Shown here: positions 14,311-28,022 of the stretch, piece after piece
Layout of the letters: each line of letters opens with the position of its first letter
Position numbering within the stretch: position 1 is the stretch's first letter
Assembly (NCBI GenBank): GCA_003427395.1
Contig: BFEA01000043.1
Span: 4,274,814-4,338,813, forward strand
Direction of reading: 5' to 3'
Source: Chara braunii
Taxonomy: Eukaryota; Plantae; Charophyceae
DNA: 64,000 bases
Notes under the pieces: model-generated
Seen by the model: the letters and a program-made list of their open reading frames with translations, nothing else
Databases searched by the model: none
What the model was told of the DNA's origin: nothing
Translations under genes and position numbers: made by a program

Positions 14311-15129
14311 TACAAGTTTGGGCAAACCGAACAACATCTATGAGAACAACATGTACGATGAGAAATTCGCAACTTTTCAAACGAGTCATGAAAATTGAAA
14401 ATAAGAATGAGAAAAATTTGAGCAACGAAAAAGAAGTGAGACTAAGTTGTATATATAATATATGTATGATGGAAATTATACGTGTTGTTAATCTTTTCTC
14501 CACCGGTCGGGAGCTCAAGACAGCCTTGGGTCCCCTCACTGTACCCGTGGCCGCTCTGCTCGGGCCCAGTTCACCATCTTTCGTGCCCGGACAACATGCC
14601 CACACTCAGACCTCCTCGTATCAAAAGGCGGGTGGTAGACTGGACACTCGCAATGGGTCCGTGCCACACGGGTTTTCTTACATTTCGTGGGCCAAATCAC
14701 CCACCGGTTTGCATGCACGTTGGCCTTCATCGGTCTCGGTGCCACGTCCGGCTTATATGCAACAAAAACCGAAAACAACAATAATAAGAATAATATTAAT
14801 AATATTATGGTGAACCAATACTAACGGAAAATAAAAATAAAGTCATAAGACGAGGAATGAATTCTGACCTCGTGGCAGCAAAACCATGGGGGATAGCTTT
14901 GTCGGGTCTTCCACCCCACGGTTCCTTCGCGTTGCTCCGATGCTCCCATTTCGCTGCTCGCTGGCTTTGATCCTTGAATCTCCCTGTTGATAGTCCGATA
15001 CCGTAACCAACCGTGTTAGGCCCAAGGCTGGCCTAGTACTAGCGGACACCTATATAAGTTGGTACCTCGCCATGAGTGAGCCTAATGAAACGTTCCATAG
15101 TCGCGCCTTGGTCATAAGCGATTATCGGG

Positions 15130-18100
15130 TAGCTGAAAATTCAGGAATGAAAATTCTGAAGAAAGATATGACTTGCACTGCAGCTATGTTCATAAGAAGT
15201 AAGGTAAACATAAAATAAAAATTAGGAGTGTATCTTCTCATGATCAAGTGGAAGGTTCACCCTCACTGAGTCCATTTTAGCAGTTGAACGGTAGTCGACG
15301 AGAGTAGCAAAAGGGGAGTTTGGTTGTGGCGACACGTGTGTTAGAAGATGACACAAGTGTCCTAAGGTGAGATAAAAAAAAAAAAAACAGAAATCGTATG
15401 AGGAGCAAGGAGCAAGCTCACTTGATTCTGGTTCCTAAAACTTATACAAGTTGTAAGGGTGCGTACCTGATCAAGGCGGTGTTCCACGTGATCAATATCT
15501 ACACATTCTTTGGTTGTCGTTGCGAGCTTGGCGCGTTGTCCCTCCCAACCATCGTACTGTTCGACATTGTAGTGTTGCTGCATGGGGGTGCTGGTAGAAC
15601 TACGCTGATATTCGTAACCATCATTGAAATCGGAGATCACCACTGCGGCGCCACCTGTTGTTGAGGTTCCAGACAACATTGTTGTTGCTGTTATTTCAAC
15701 CACGAACCATTGTTGCGAGTATCGGACTCGCGCGATGTGATTGTTGGGTTTTGAAACTACTTTTTCGCGAAGTCTGAGTTACTGACTACCACTGATTCTT
15801 GGGGCACCATTGTTACTGGTTCCGAGTTGCTGTTGAGGTCGACATTTGCATATACTTCGCTATAGTTGTTGTTTTGCTGCTTAGGTTCATCATGGCAATC
15901 TGTGGCCGCAACTGTGTTTTTCATCATTGTGGTCGATGTTCACCTGAGGTATTGACACCAATGGAGCTCATTGTTGTTGCTGGAAGCTACTACATTTATC
16001 GGCGGCCTGCTACGACAAGCTGTTGTTGTCACTTGATCAGTTGTTAGGACCGGTGTTACGGTGAGACCAGTGTTTTCCTGTTGTTAGAACTAGCACCATT
16101 GATTATGCATTCGAGTGTTGGTGGGGAGCTCAAGTGCTACTGTTGTTTTACGAGCACAATTGTTGTTGGGCAGTCTACTGTTGACTATGTTGAGGTGTCA
16201 GGACGAGTTGTTGTTGAAGCTCCGGACTGTAAATGCGATAAAACTTTGAGGTTATTGTTGTAGCAGAGGTGTGGTAACTGTTCCGATTACAGTCACGGGT
16301 TCATGTTACTATTGAGGGATTGAGGATGTTGCGGCGTCCATGATCTGTTGACTTCGAGATTAATGATCTGCATCTACTTCATCAAATAAAGTATACTGTT
16401 CAACCGCATAGCGGTGCTCCCCGAAGAGTTGCGCTGTTGTTAAACCGGGCAAAATTGGTACGATTGCAGTATCCCTAACGATTTGCCGCCGGAATTGGTG
16501 CGGGGTTGAATGTACACTTGGACCTCCGTTGTCTCAGGGTTACTGTTGTGACTTGTTGCGGTATTTGCAGTCCGTTGACTCCAAGTTCAAGCAACTAACT
16601 GTCATTGCGGGGCCCTCAGAAGTTGAAGGAAGCAAGGCTCTCTCGGCATGAGTTTGAGTTGAACCTTTCCTGAATCTCGAGACACTAAAATTACTCATAT
16701 CCATCTCAATTTGAGTTTAGTCTATGTTCGGAAGAGGAAGGCAACATGTGGGATTGCAACCTATAAGACTGCAACAAGACCTTGTGGGAGGTCCACCCAC
16801 CGATTGCGGAAGCTCTGCCGGAGTCCAGGCGGGGCTGTGAAGGCAGAGAATACTCAGGCATAATCACAGCTTACAAGGGGTTATGAAGGCAGAGAACACT
16901 CAAGTATAATCACGACTTATGCGCATAACCCCATACTCCACTAGCCATACTGCTTTCTATTTTGCATGAAGTATGACCGAGTCATTATATTATTATTAAT
17001 TTTATTCTTATTATTTGAGTCATTTTCAAGATTCGATATAAAGTTAATACAGCGTGTGTGTGAAAAATCATGCATTTCCGTGAAGGCAGAGAGAACGAAA
17101 GGGGGAAAGGTTGGTTTTTGCTTGCGTTTGATTGGGTTAAAAAAGGTTGGACGTACCCCTAGTATGGGGCAGACCGGTGTTATACTTATTTTTTTTATGT
17201 TGGGTTGCTTGCTTGGTCTTCAGAGGATGAACCTATCCTAGGTTGGACGGTCCGATCACATGTTTCTTTTGAGGGTTTTTGAATGGAGGATGGGACCCTA
17301 GATTGGGCAACCTAGAATCCTTGTTTTTTATTTGGTTCCTGAAATTGTTAGCTTCATTCTAGGATGCATGGATCCAACTCTTTGCTTTCATTTTGAGGGA
17401 GAAAAAGGCAATGGCTATGCGTACCCCTAAGATGGGGCGGCCTGGTCTTGAGTCATGAACATAAGTGAAACAAGAGCATAAAATTTGATATTATATAATT
17501 TAATTTTATTATGTTGGCAGACAGGACATACCCCCTAGGATAGGGCGGTTTAGTCAATAAGCCAGATAAAACACAAAGCAGAAAGTTGGAAATTCATAGT
17601 ATAATATTGATGGGAATCCAGATAGACTGGGCGTACCCCTACGATGGGGTGGTCCAGTCCTATGGCCGTAATAACATGCAAAGGTAGAAAGTTAGTATAA
17701 AATTAGTTATTTTGAGTTTAAACATGGTAAAGGCAAGGTTGGGCGTACCCCTAGGATGGGGGGGTCTGATTGTCTGCAAGAAGAGAAAATGAACTAGTGC
17801 AACTACATGTCGAACGTTGTTTTTGTTTGCGAAGGTTAAACGTACCCCTAAGATGGGGCGATTAAGTCATATGTTATAATGTTTTTGTTACGCAGGTTAA
17901 ACATACCCCTAGGATGGGGCGGTTTAGCCCTGTGCCACAAGTGATCGTTTGGGCGGTCAAGCATACCCGTAGGATGAGGCGGCGTGGTTGTATGCTTTAT
18001 GTCGTTTCTAAACAGATACTGGACATACTCCTAGGATGAGGTGGTCTAGTTATCTGTCTTATGTCAATTTTTAAGTTGGCGAAGCGTACCCCTAGGATGG

Positions 18101-19325
18101 GGTTACTTAGTCGTACGCTTTATATCGATCGTCTAAATGGGTTAGACGTACCTCTAGGATGAGACAGTCTAATCGTGTATTTATCTTTTAAAGGCAAGTT
18201 AAACATACCCCTAGGATGGGGTGGTTTAACCTTATGTCATAGGTAAGGAAGGGGTATAAGGGTTTATTTTAAATGAGAGACAAATGAACTATATGTTTGA
18301 TACACGACGTAAGGTTTTGATGAGAAATGTGATTGTGTTCACTTGTGTGTATATTTTTATTTCATTTTTTTGTCTATTTTTTCGATAGCTCAGTCGCTTT
18401 AGATACCTACCGAGTGTTGAAGCCATAGGTAGACTAGAATGAATGATGGGACAGGAAGCTTGGAATAAGATAGGATTGACCTTAATAAGAGTTAGGGTTG
18501 GTGCTAGCTCACGATACCATCTTCAAAAGAAGGATCATGTAGACTATCATTAGTTATAACTGTCAGGTAAGTGTAAGGAGTTAGTCTCAAGTGTACTTGT
18601 ATTTTGCTTTTGCATTTTCAACTTTGTATAAATCTTGGCAACTTTATTTTCTAATTCGAAGCGCTACATAAATTTTCACAAATCTGAAAAGAGGTTAGTC
18701 TTTTTGAGTTCATAAAAATATTGGAAAAACACTCTTCCTACGAGAAGCGTTGCAGAAATATTCTGAAATTTGGAGAGTTATATTATTTTTTTGTTAGGGA
18801 AAATTTGGCAATCCACCCTAGGAGATACTGCCAACATTTTCAGCAATGTCTAGTATCAATTAGAGAAAGGTGAGGGTGAAACTAGTAAAGGAGTTAGTCT
18901 ACGATATGGAGCATACTCTCTATTTTAAACATAAGATTGGTTTCTTTGGCCTGTGTTGTGATGCAAATTTTCTCATTTGATTGAATACTCGATTTGTTCA
19001 GCCTGATCCTACAAAAGGATTAGTTTTTTGTTATCTTTCGTTAACAAGTCGGTTACAATACAACTTTATCTGCTTCTACAAGCTTCTGCATCTCAACCTG
19101 GGGCCTTAACCCCTGTGGGTTTTTATATTTCTTAGGATTTTCACCCAGATCTTTTTCTTAATAGTCATTTTTAATGAATGAGTACCTTTATTGTGGAATC
19201 GTGGAAAATTGTTGGGGCTTGCCTGCCTAAGGCAAAGTATGAGTCGCAAGGAACGGTAAAGTTGACTTGCTTAGTGGGTGCGATGTTATTGTTTAAGCTT
19301 TGTATGATCGCATGTGTGTCTTGAC
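15130..19325 (+). mobile_element. Degenerate unclassified retroelement-like unit B, a diverged relative of unit A, ending at the junction with the DIRS-type element
   Basis: Same block order as unit A; similar decayed peptide (FNRIAVLPEE..DCSIPND at about 16399-16480 vs IKRVVVLPQRE..NCGQCIPDH on minus at about 9305-9405). Confidence 0.5.
17145..18231 (+). repeat. Array of about 15 hairpin units, core (G/A)TACCCC-TAGGAT-GGGG(C/T)G, variable pairing outer stems and unrelated spacers
   Basis: GACTGG..CCAGTC (17625-17659), GGTTAAAC..GTTTAGCC (17895-17929), GGTTAGAC..GTCTAATC (18140-18174), GTTAAAC..GTTTAAC (18198-18230); period about 60 bp in the last seven units. Confidence 0.88.
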
Positions 19326-19559
19326 GATTTTGGTCCCTCCTCTCATCCTCTTCAAGACGATATTCTCACTCAATACTTTAATGGGTTCAACATTGTGTCC
19401 ATCTTAGGTTTATAGGAACTTCTCATGTACCAACCTCCAAGATAATTGAGGTTGGAAGAATGGTCAAGAAAGTTTTACCGACATCTCAGTTCAAGATTGC
19501 TCTCAAATCCCTATCTCCACCACCTCTTGTAATACCTAATCGTAATAACCCCCCTAACC

Positions 19560-21201
19560 ACTTTCAATTTATCTCCTCTACGGTTTCACAACTTATCTCT
19601 GCAGAAGTAATCGAATCATCTCTCAATCCTATTGTTATCAACCCAATTTTTGTCATTGAAAGTTCCTCCAAAACTTGTTTCATCTTGGATGTTCGCTTCG
19701 TTAACTTTTTCCCCTTTTCATTACGAATCAATACATGACATAGTCGCTCACTTGTCTTGTTTACCATCGCAGGATTTTCTAACCTGTTTTGACATAAAAA
19801 ACGAATATTATTACATTCTTATTAATCCAGATTGTCGCTCTTATCTTGCATTCAATTGGAATGGTTGCAACTACTAGTTCACTACCCCATGCTTTGAAAT
19901 TTTATCTAGAAGTTGAATTTTCACAACCATTATGCAAAAAATTATGGAATAAATTTGTCTTCGCCATGTCTTTGCCTCATCTTATATAGATGATTCCACT
20001 TTTGTTAATTATAACCCCCCTCTCTTTTTATGACAAACTTTTAACTACGTTGCCTTACTCCACAACCTCGGCTTCTTCCTCAACCTTCACAAGTGTTTTT
20101 TCCTCTCTTCCCAGTCCATTCGCTTCGTTGGCTTTATCCTCGACTTTCACCATAAAAGAATAAGGGTTCCCCAGGATAAGATTTACAAGATTTTCAATAT
20201 CATATAATCCAATTCCTCACATTCCAGTCGATTGACCGCGCAACTAGCCGACAAGCTTGCCGCCCTCTTTAAAGTTTTTTTGTCAACCCACCTCTATCTA
20301 TCCTCACTTTATAAGGTCATAAATCCTGTCAAGTGGGATTTTCCAATTCAGGTTACATATATCTACAACACTCTCTATTTTTACGGACGCCTCTGTCACT
20401 CAAATTGCGGCAGTCGCATGCCACCTTTCCAACAAACCCATCCAATTCAACCAATGCCTTCCCCACCCTTTGCTCTCCTCGTCTTCAACTCATAGAGAAC
20501 TTTACACAATATTGAAAACTCTCTGTTTCCTGTCTTCAGTCTATGCTCATTTCTTACCCTCCGCGTCTGCCAGACTTCACTCTGACAGGTAATCATTCAT
20601 CGTATTACTCATGAGCATGAAATCCACGGATGATTTTTTCAACCCCTTGCTCAGGGATATGACCTCCATTATCATTTCCTTTGATATTATGCTCAGTCTA
20701 GTATGGATACCCCGCTCCCTCAACACCACTGCGGACTCTATTTCAAAGAATGAGGACAACACCGATTGGGGTTTAGCCAACCACCTCAAAGTCACAATCT
20801 TTTCGAAATTAGGCATCCCTGCCATAAACCTTTTTGCGTCCGATTATCATCATGTTTGCCCAACTTTTGTCTCTAAGTATTGTTTCACTAAAGCTTCGCA
20901 AATAAATGCTTTTTCACTCAATTGGAACGATCTCCCTTCGCAACCATATCGATGGCTCTTTCCACCCACTTCCCTTCATCACCTCGTACTTTCTAAAGCC
21001 TTAGCTAGCCCCGCGCGTTACCTTTTCATCCTCCCTTCCTCTCAGCGCACACCATGGTACCCTCGCATACTCTCACTCGACATTCTCCACCGTTTCACCA
21101 TCTCCGAGTCCAAATTCTCATGCCTCCTCAACCCTAGGGTCGACCTCATCGTGCCCAACCCTGCACTCCTCAGCCTTACCGCAATTTTCTTTGCTTCCTA
21201 A
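19560..21201 (+). pseudogene. DIRS-type pol remnant: reverse transcriptase, RNase H, DNA N6-adenine methyltransferase-like domain
   Basis: FDIKNEYYYILINPDCRSYLAFNWNG; YIDD at 19983-19994; LLHNLGFFLNLHKC..QSIRFVGFILD; RNase H WIPRSLNTTADSISK; DWGL..INLFAS..NAFSLNW..WLFPP..PWY. Multiple stops and frameshifts. Confidence 0.85.
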
Positions 21202-22297
21202 ATCTTTTATACTTTCACCTCACCTTTTCCAACCGCGCTTCATCCCATATCCATACCTCATAAATGTCCCAATATCTAGGTTGGCTTCCAGATATGATAA
21301 TAAGTTATGAAAGATTGGGGTTGTCTCATCATCTCTCACAAACTCCACCCCTCTTCTATTCCTGCCTGCACCCCACCCACCCTGAAACTATGGCCGCTCT
21401 CCCCCTCAAATACCCCAACTTCCCCAAACCACTTTTCTATGCGTTTGTTGAAACCACCACCACTCATCGACCCCTCCCCGCGCATTGGTCAAAATACATA
21501 TCCCACCCTCAAATCCTGCCCCAATCTTTCATAACTTATTATCATATATCTGGAAGCCAACCTAAAAACATTTCCCCTTCACTACTTGGATATCGCAACC
21601 TTATCATAAACCTTCCCCCCTGCCTATCTGTCTTAGTATACCCTGGCCGCACAACCCCCTGCGATAAATTTATTTCTTTATATTGCAATCGCAGACCTTC
21701 CCCACATTTTTGCTAGCTCTCCCATAAGTACAAGAAAGCCCCGCCATCCTGATAAGCTTGTGCCTCCGGATATCCCTTCAATACTTTCACCTTTTCACGA
21801 ATATATCCTACCACTTTCTTCAATTTCTCCCAACCAATAGGTACAACAGACTCCTCAGTCACCCCTCTTCCAGACCATCCCTTCCAAGTAGTTTAAAGCA
21901 GCCACTCAAACAATTGATTACAGCATCCACCGTGGAAGGCGAAACCAAGGGAAGTCCTTCAATGTCGGAAGTACGATATCGACTTTCAACTTCAACAAGC
22001 CACTGACTACTTATAAATGACAAAACATGAAAGTCAATGCAAGTCATGCAACTCCTCCCAACTTTGTTGCGTTCAAACCACTCATTCAAGGCCAAGAGAA
22101 CCTTCTTCATGTCATTCTTCCATCGTCGACCAACTCCGAATTCTCCTATCAGGGCGCTACTCCATTCCAGACCGGCCTCATAGCCACCTTCAATCTCCGG
22201 AGTCGGCCTTCTCTGTCTCCAGCTGCCATCACTCACCCGCTCCTTCTACCATTCCCTGCAAGACGACATTGTCACTTGTGGGACGATGGAGGGAGAT

Positions 22298-23041
22298 GTG
22301 CGGTGGTTGGAGGTGTGCGGGCCTCCGACCCACTTTCCTGACTCACTCCTATGAGATCTGTCAGCATCAGCGACGTGGCTTTTTCCAATTTTATTGGGAA
22401 CGGACCTGTGTAGCATTATGCGTATAGCAAACTTATTGGTTGGACACTGCGCCGACGACACTGGACTCCTGCAGCAGTTATCATCGGTCTACGTCAACTC
22501 AACCACTGGGACCACAATGGGACTTTTGTCTTGACTTCAGATTGCTGATCACGGCCGTCCCACTTCATCATCTACGGACGACAACTCCATCAAATCCAAC
22601 AACACTGACAATCTACGACCAATATTGTGTTCAGACTTCATCAAAGGCATAGGATTATTGATTTGTCTCACCCTGGTTGGAGCACGGCCTCGCCGACCCG
22701 ACTGGTCCCACTGCCTTGACCCGTGACAGTATAAGTCACGGGTGCCTGCCCAGCCACGACAGGTTGCGAAGACTCTCGAGCTGCGCCCTCCAGACCTCGC
22801 CCGCTCACCGCACTCATCGCATACGCGAACCTGCAGGCACGCGGCACAAGGGTCAGGTCTCACAGAGGTCGAGTCTTCCTCCTCGCCTGTTTTGGCGAAA
22901 CGGTCCCGCCCGCCCTGGATTTTCCCGTGCGGTGTTTGGAGGTGTACGGGCCTCCGGCCCACTTTCCTGACTCACTCCTGTGAGATCTGTCAGCTTCAGC
23001 GACTTGGCTTTTTCCTATTTTATTTGGAACAGACCTGTGTA
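22298..23041 (+). repeat. Two 115-bp direct repeats (22298-22412 and 22927-23041), candidate B1/B2 split direct repeats
   Basis: GTGCGGTG..CCACTTTCCTGACTCACTCCT..GAGATCTGTCAGC..GACCTGTGTA present twice with few substitutions. Confidence 0.8.
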
Positions 23042-25962
23042 TTGCTGCGATTCTTAAATTATGTGTTTTTCTTGCAATAAAAAAACATTCTATGCGAAGT
23101 GGCAAAAATGCCCCCCCCCCCTCAAACCCCCCATAGAACTGCATCTTCGCGCCAATGCCAAATGACTAGCTATATAGCTCCACAATGATTTTAAAGTCTT
23201 CAATTGGCCTACGGCCTGCCGCCTCTAAAAGAAGGCTTAGTATAAATGTGCGACGTCAATACATCTTGATCATCCACGGCTGGAAATTGTCACCGTCGGC
23301 CGCACCTGATAGAAAACCATACGACCTACGCATAAATAGTGCCTAGTGGGCTTGGCCCCAGAGTCGACAGTTATGTGAATTAGACTCTTTAAAAAAAGAA
23401 AAAACGGAAAAGAGAGACGCGGCACGATTTGCTTCATAGACGGTGGGGAGGGAAACATGTGGAAGAACTACATGGATTGAAAGCGAGACGACTCAAATTT
23501 CTTGGCAAGGAAAGCGGGATTTTTTCGGTGAGAAAAGAGGGAGTTTGTTTTTGTTTCTTTCTCGTTTTCGCTTTTTTTAGCAACAAGTCTTGGCCATGTC
23601 TATACGGTACAGTGGGACCATCTGTTCAAGCGTCTTTTCAAATTTCTGGTTTTCCTTTCGGGGAAAGGGCAGTCTCACATACCTTGTGAAGTCTGAGGGC
23701 GTACTCACAGTAGCACTTCGATCGAAATTTACATTTGGTGAGTGAGTTGCACCACCAGGCCCTATGCGGCCTGAGGTCGATGCGCAAGAAATCGTCGACG
23801 GATTCGAACACGTGACCAGAGTATCAATAGTGGAAGGGCCAAAACTACGGCGGGTGTCGCTGCACTACTCTTGAAATGCACAAAAGACAAAAATCATGTC
23901 GCTGTATCTTTCCATGTTCTAGGGGAAGATTCACTCTCGTTTTGCACCTTTCGAGAGTAGTGCAGCGAGGCCCTATATTCCTTCATCCGGTCTACTTCTG
24001 GTGAGTAGTGCAGGGAGCGGTCTACGTGCGTCCCCCTCTTTCGCTTAACAGTTGCACTTCAACCATTTCCTATTGGACGTCGGTGTACGGGTAGGACCGG
24101 TAGGAGTGGCCAGTCGGCAGCGGTTCGTCGAGATGAGCGACCGACTGCAAAAGGAACTGCACATTGAGCCACATTGCGCCTAGTTGCGCTACACTTCTCG
24201 CTATCCTCGTACTTCTGTCCAGATGAATTCAAAATATTGGTAGATGGCGAGTATAGTGCAACTATCGAGAGAGAGAGAGAGGGAGAGAGAGAGAGAGAGT
24301 GGGGGGAGGGTTGGTGCGTCGCACGCAGGTAGCCAAAAAGTTTATGAAAAGTTTATGAAATGCGAGCGTATCTTCAGCTGGAAAATGGCGAATCGTACTC
24401 CCGGCGCGACTGGTAGGTCCCACTACCACAAGTGATTTTCATTTCTGGGCGTGCATTGTGGAGATCGAGGGTCAGAAATCAGAAATGGAAAGCCTGCCCA
24501 AGGGGGACGAGGTCAGTATTTTTTTTGGCGAGTGGCGGGTAATGTAGGCTTTTTTCTTGGGCGTCGCCGCACCACTCGCGAAATGTGCAAAATGAGAATG
24601 AACTTCCCGCTAGAACACGGCCAGATGCGCCCGCCAAATTTTTTCTTTTCTCACATTTCGAGAGTGGTGTGGCGAGGCCCTTTGTCTCGTTCACATTTGG
24701 CGAGTGGCGGGTACCGTAGGCCTTTTTTTTTGCCCCCTTCTTTCATCAGGTATAGTATGTCTGTGTGCTTGTGTGTGTGCGTGTGTGCTTGTGTGTGTGC
24801 GTGTGTTGTGTGTGTGTGTGTGAGAGAGAGGTGAGTAGGCGGTATAAGGGAAGAAAGGAGGACATGTTCGGCAATGGCTATCGGCGCTTTCGATGTTTTT
24901 TTGAATTTCTGACAGATTCCATCGGCACGCGGCAGCGGCGGCAACGAGCCGGCGCCCAGACCCGTGCCGCCGAATTTCCCGCGGTTATTGTCTGTCGCTG
25001 TGGGAAGGGGCACAGTGCGGTAGCACTCTCTCACTCATCGCGCGTGTTCTGTTTCTTACCGCCCCAACCTGCGCGCGTCGTCCATTTTGCTGTACCCCCC
25101 CCGGGCCCCTTCCACGGTCCCCTTCCTTCCCTCTCTTTCCAGTCGTACTGTAGTCTGTCGTCTGCCTGTTCCGTTGCGCTGGTCTCCTCTCCTTCTTCTT
25201 TCCTCTCCCTCTCCCTCTCTCTCTCTCTCTCTGCCTCTCTCTCCTTCCCCCTGTCTCTCACTCTCTCTCTTTCCCTTGCCATCCCCACCTCTTCTTCGCC
25301 ATCTCTCTTTCTCTTTCTCCGTGTTTCTGTCCGCCCGCGCTTTCTTCGCCTTCCTCCACAGCGCGCACCTATCCTGTTCCATCAGAACATAACCAATCCG
25401 CCCGCTTGAGCACACACTCTTCTTGCTTAGCGTACCAAGTCCAACGTCGTTTTTCCTTCCCCCCTCCCTACCCGCCTCCTTACACCATTTTCCTTGTCTT
25501 CTCTTTCGGTCTGTCTTACTCTTTTCTCTGCCCCGCTTCTCGCCCCCTCTCTTCCTCTGTTATCACGGACCCTCAGTTTGTCCTTGCCTTCAGCGGCATC
25601 TCAGAAAAAACGCGCCCATGGAAATCGCAGCTATGGAAACCACATCAACCAAGTAAGCTCGGTCATGCCGAAGTCTCGCCCTCCGTCGTCCAATCCTTCA
25701 TCGCTTCCCTCGCCCTCCCTGCGCCCCTCTCTCTCTCTCTCTCTTACGCTGCCCAACTGCTGCCCTCCCTCTCTTTCGACCTGTTTCCTTGTTTTTCTGA
25801 GCCTCTTCGACGCTGAAATTGCAGCCATGAAATCGCGTTGATCAAGCATGTCATACGGAGCTGTCCTTACCGGGGAATAACTCGTTTCTGATAAATCAGC
25901 CCTTTTTCCGATCGCTCAGTTCTTTGCTCGCCCTGCCTCATCCTTGCGCTTGCGCACGTCCC

Positions 25963-26024
<62 letters not shown>

Positions 26025-26695
26025 NNNNNNNNNNNNNNNNNNNNNNNNNNNNNNNNNNNNNNNNNNNNNNNNNNNNNNNNNNNNNNNNNNNNNNNNNNNN
26101 NNNNNNNNNNNNNNNNNNNNNNNNNNNNNNNNNNNNNNNNNNNNNNNNNNNNNNNNNNNNNNNNNNNNNNNNNNNNNNNNNNNNNNNNNNNNNNNNNNNN
26201 NNNNNNNNNNNNNNNNNNNNNNNNNNNNNNNNNNNNNNNNNNNNNNNNNNNNNNNNNNNNNNNNNNNNNNNNNNNNNNNNNNNNNNNNNNNNNNNNNNNN
26301 NNNNNNNNNNNNNNNNNNNNNNNNNNNNNNNNNNNNNNNNNNNNNNNNNNNNNNNNNNNNNNNNNNNNNNNNNNNNNNNNNNNNNNNNNNNNNNNNNNNN
26401 NNNNNNNNNNNNNNNNNNNNNNNNNNNNNNNNNNNNNNNNNNNNNNNNNNNNNNNNNNNNNNNNNNNNNNNNNNNNNNNNNNNNNNNNNNNNNNNNNNNN
26501 NNNNNNNNNNNNNNNNNNNNNNNNNNNNNNNNNNNNNNNNNNNNNNNNNNNNNNNNNNNNNNNNNNNNNNNNNNNNNNNNNNNNNNNNNNNNNNNNNNNN
26601 NNNNNNNNNNNNNNNNNNNNNNNNNNNNNNNNNNNNNNNNNNNNNNNNNNNNNNNNNNNNNNNNNNNNNNNNNNNNNNNNNNNNNNNNNNNNNNN
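26025..26695. other. Assembly gap flanked by (CA)n/(GA)n; other gaps at 28023-28795, 30284-30325, 33239-34184, 39752-40643, 58670-59047
   Basis: N runs, nearly all bordered by microsatellites or homopolymers. Confidence 0.99.
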
Positions 26696-26784
<89 letters not shown>

Positions 26785-27267
26785 GTTCCTGGTCGGCTCA
26801 TATGAGTCAGTGTTTCGCCGCAGTTTCGCCCTAGGTCATTCTCTCGATATTTCTTGCGCAGAAAGACTGGCCGGTCGCCTGTCTCTCTCTCTCTCTCCCT
26901 CTCTCCACGTGTCATATTCGTACAAGTTTACTGATTAATTAATTATCTCGAACCGCGATTCGTTTTTGCATCCTCTTCATGCCGACATTTTATTCGCAGC
27001 GATCTCCTTTCATGTTGTATATCTGCCGCCTGCCCTTGTAGCAGCACTCTAGTTTTGTCATCATTCTTTTCATTTCTAGCAGCGCTCTGGTACTCTCTCT
27101 CTCTCTCTCTCTACCCACCTTCACCTCCCACGCTTCCCATTCCCTGCTCTCCCATCCCCTTCCCCGATCTTCTCTCTTCAACATACACCCGCACTCGGAG
27201 GCTCACTTACAGACACACAAACAACGGAAATACCTCTTTACCTGTGGATGTACTCTTCGTTTCCATA

Positions 27268-27301
<34 letters not shown>

Positions 27302-27954
27302 TTCTATCACTCTGTCCTTGGGATCGAGGACGTCAAATTCTGTTATTCTATCCTTCTCCTGCATCTGGGTTCTCTCTCTCTATCCTCTCGTCCACCTCTC
27401 TCTCTCTCTCTTCACTCTCGTTTCCTCTTCTCTCTTGTGGAGGTGTGTGAATGCTTGCCCCCCCGTCTCTTAGGAGCTGGAGTGGTTACAGCCGTATATT
27501 CTTGGCGTATTTGGATATCTTCTTCAAAATGACAATAAACGGCTCTGGAACTGGACCGTGCTGTTGTCGTCGTCAGAAAGAGGAAGGAGAGGAGTGTGAT
27601 CGACCACCGATACAGATCTGACGGCTGAGAGACGAAGGCGCGGGAAGAGGACTCTGCGCTTCTCCTTGTTAGTCCTCCTATCTATCTTAACTTCTCTTTC
27701 AATCGAGGCCGTTCGCTCAGTAATCAAGTCAGCCAAACAAACAATCAAGCTCAGCAAGCAAGTCTGATCTATCAGCGAACGAGTCAGCCAGCTCAGCAAG
27801 ATCAATAGTCAACAAAGGCTTCATTTTTCGCTAGACAGCGGATTCTTACCTGCGGGTAGGCTGACGACGAGACCCTGCTCAACTTTCTTGTTAAATTGTT
27901 TCGTTTCAACCTTTCTTTATTTACCTTATGTTGAATGTCACCCGGGGGGGGTGG

Positions 27955-28022
<68 letters not shown>

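Larger units (their letters stand above)
19330..23085 (+). mobile_element. 5'-truncated, decayed DIRS-order (Ngaro/PAT-like) tyrosine-recombinase retrotransposon
   Basis: DIRS-type RT, RNase H and methyltransferase-like motifs followed by two 115-bp direct repeats. The recombinase ORF (expected about 21.2-22.0 kb) is not convincingly readable. Confidence 0.75.

Noticed and set aside
12214-14398. Repeat-protein genes (KHPEVMN and PENHEASR ORFs)
   Set aside because: ORFs occur in several frames and both orientations, with scattered stops; explained by the 81-bp unit.
14843-15135. Possible integrase C-terminal remnant on the minus strand (RLTHGEVP)
   Set aside because: Single weak motif with no DDE context.
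17145-18231. CRISPR array
   Set aside because: Eukaryotic repeat context, no cas genes, degenerate repeats and irregular spacing; reported as a hairpin array instead.
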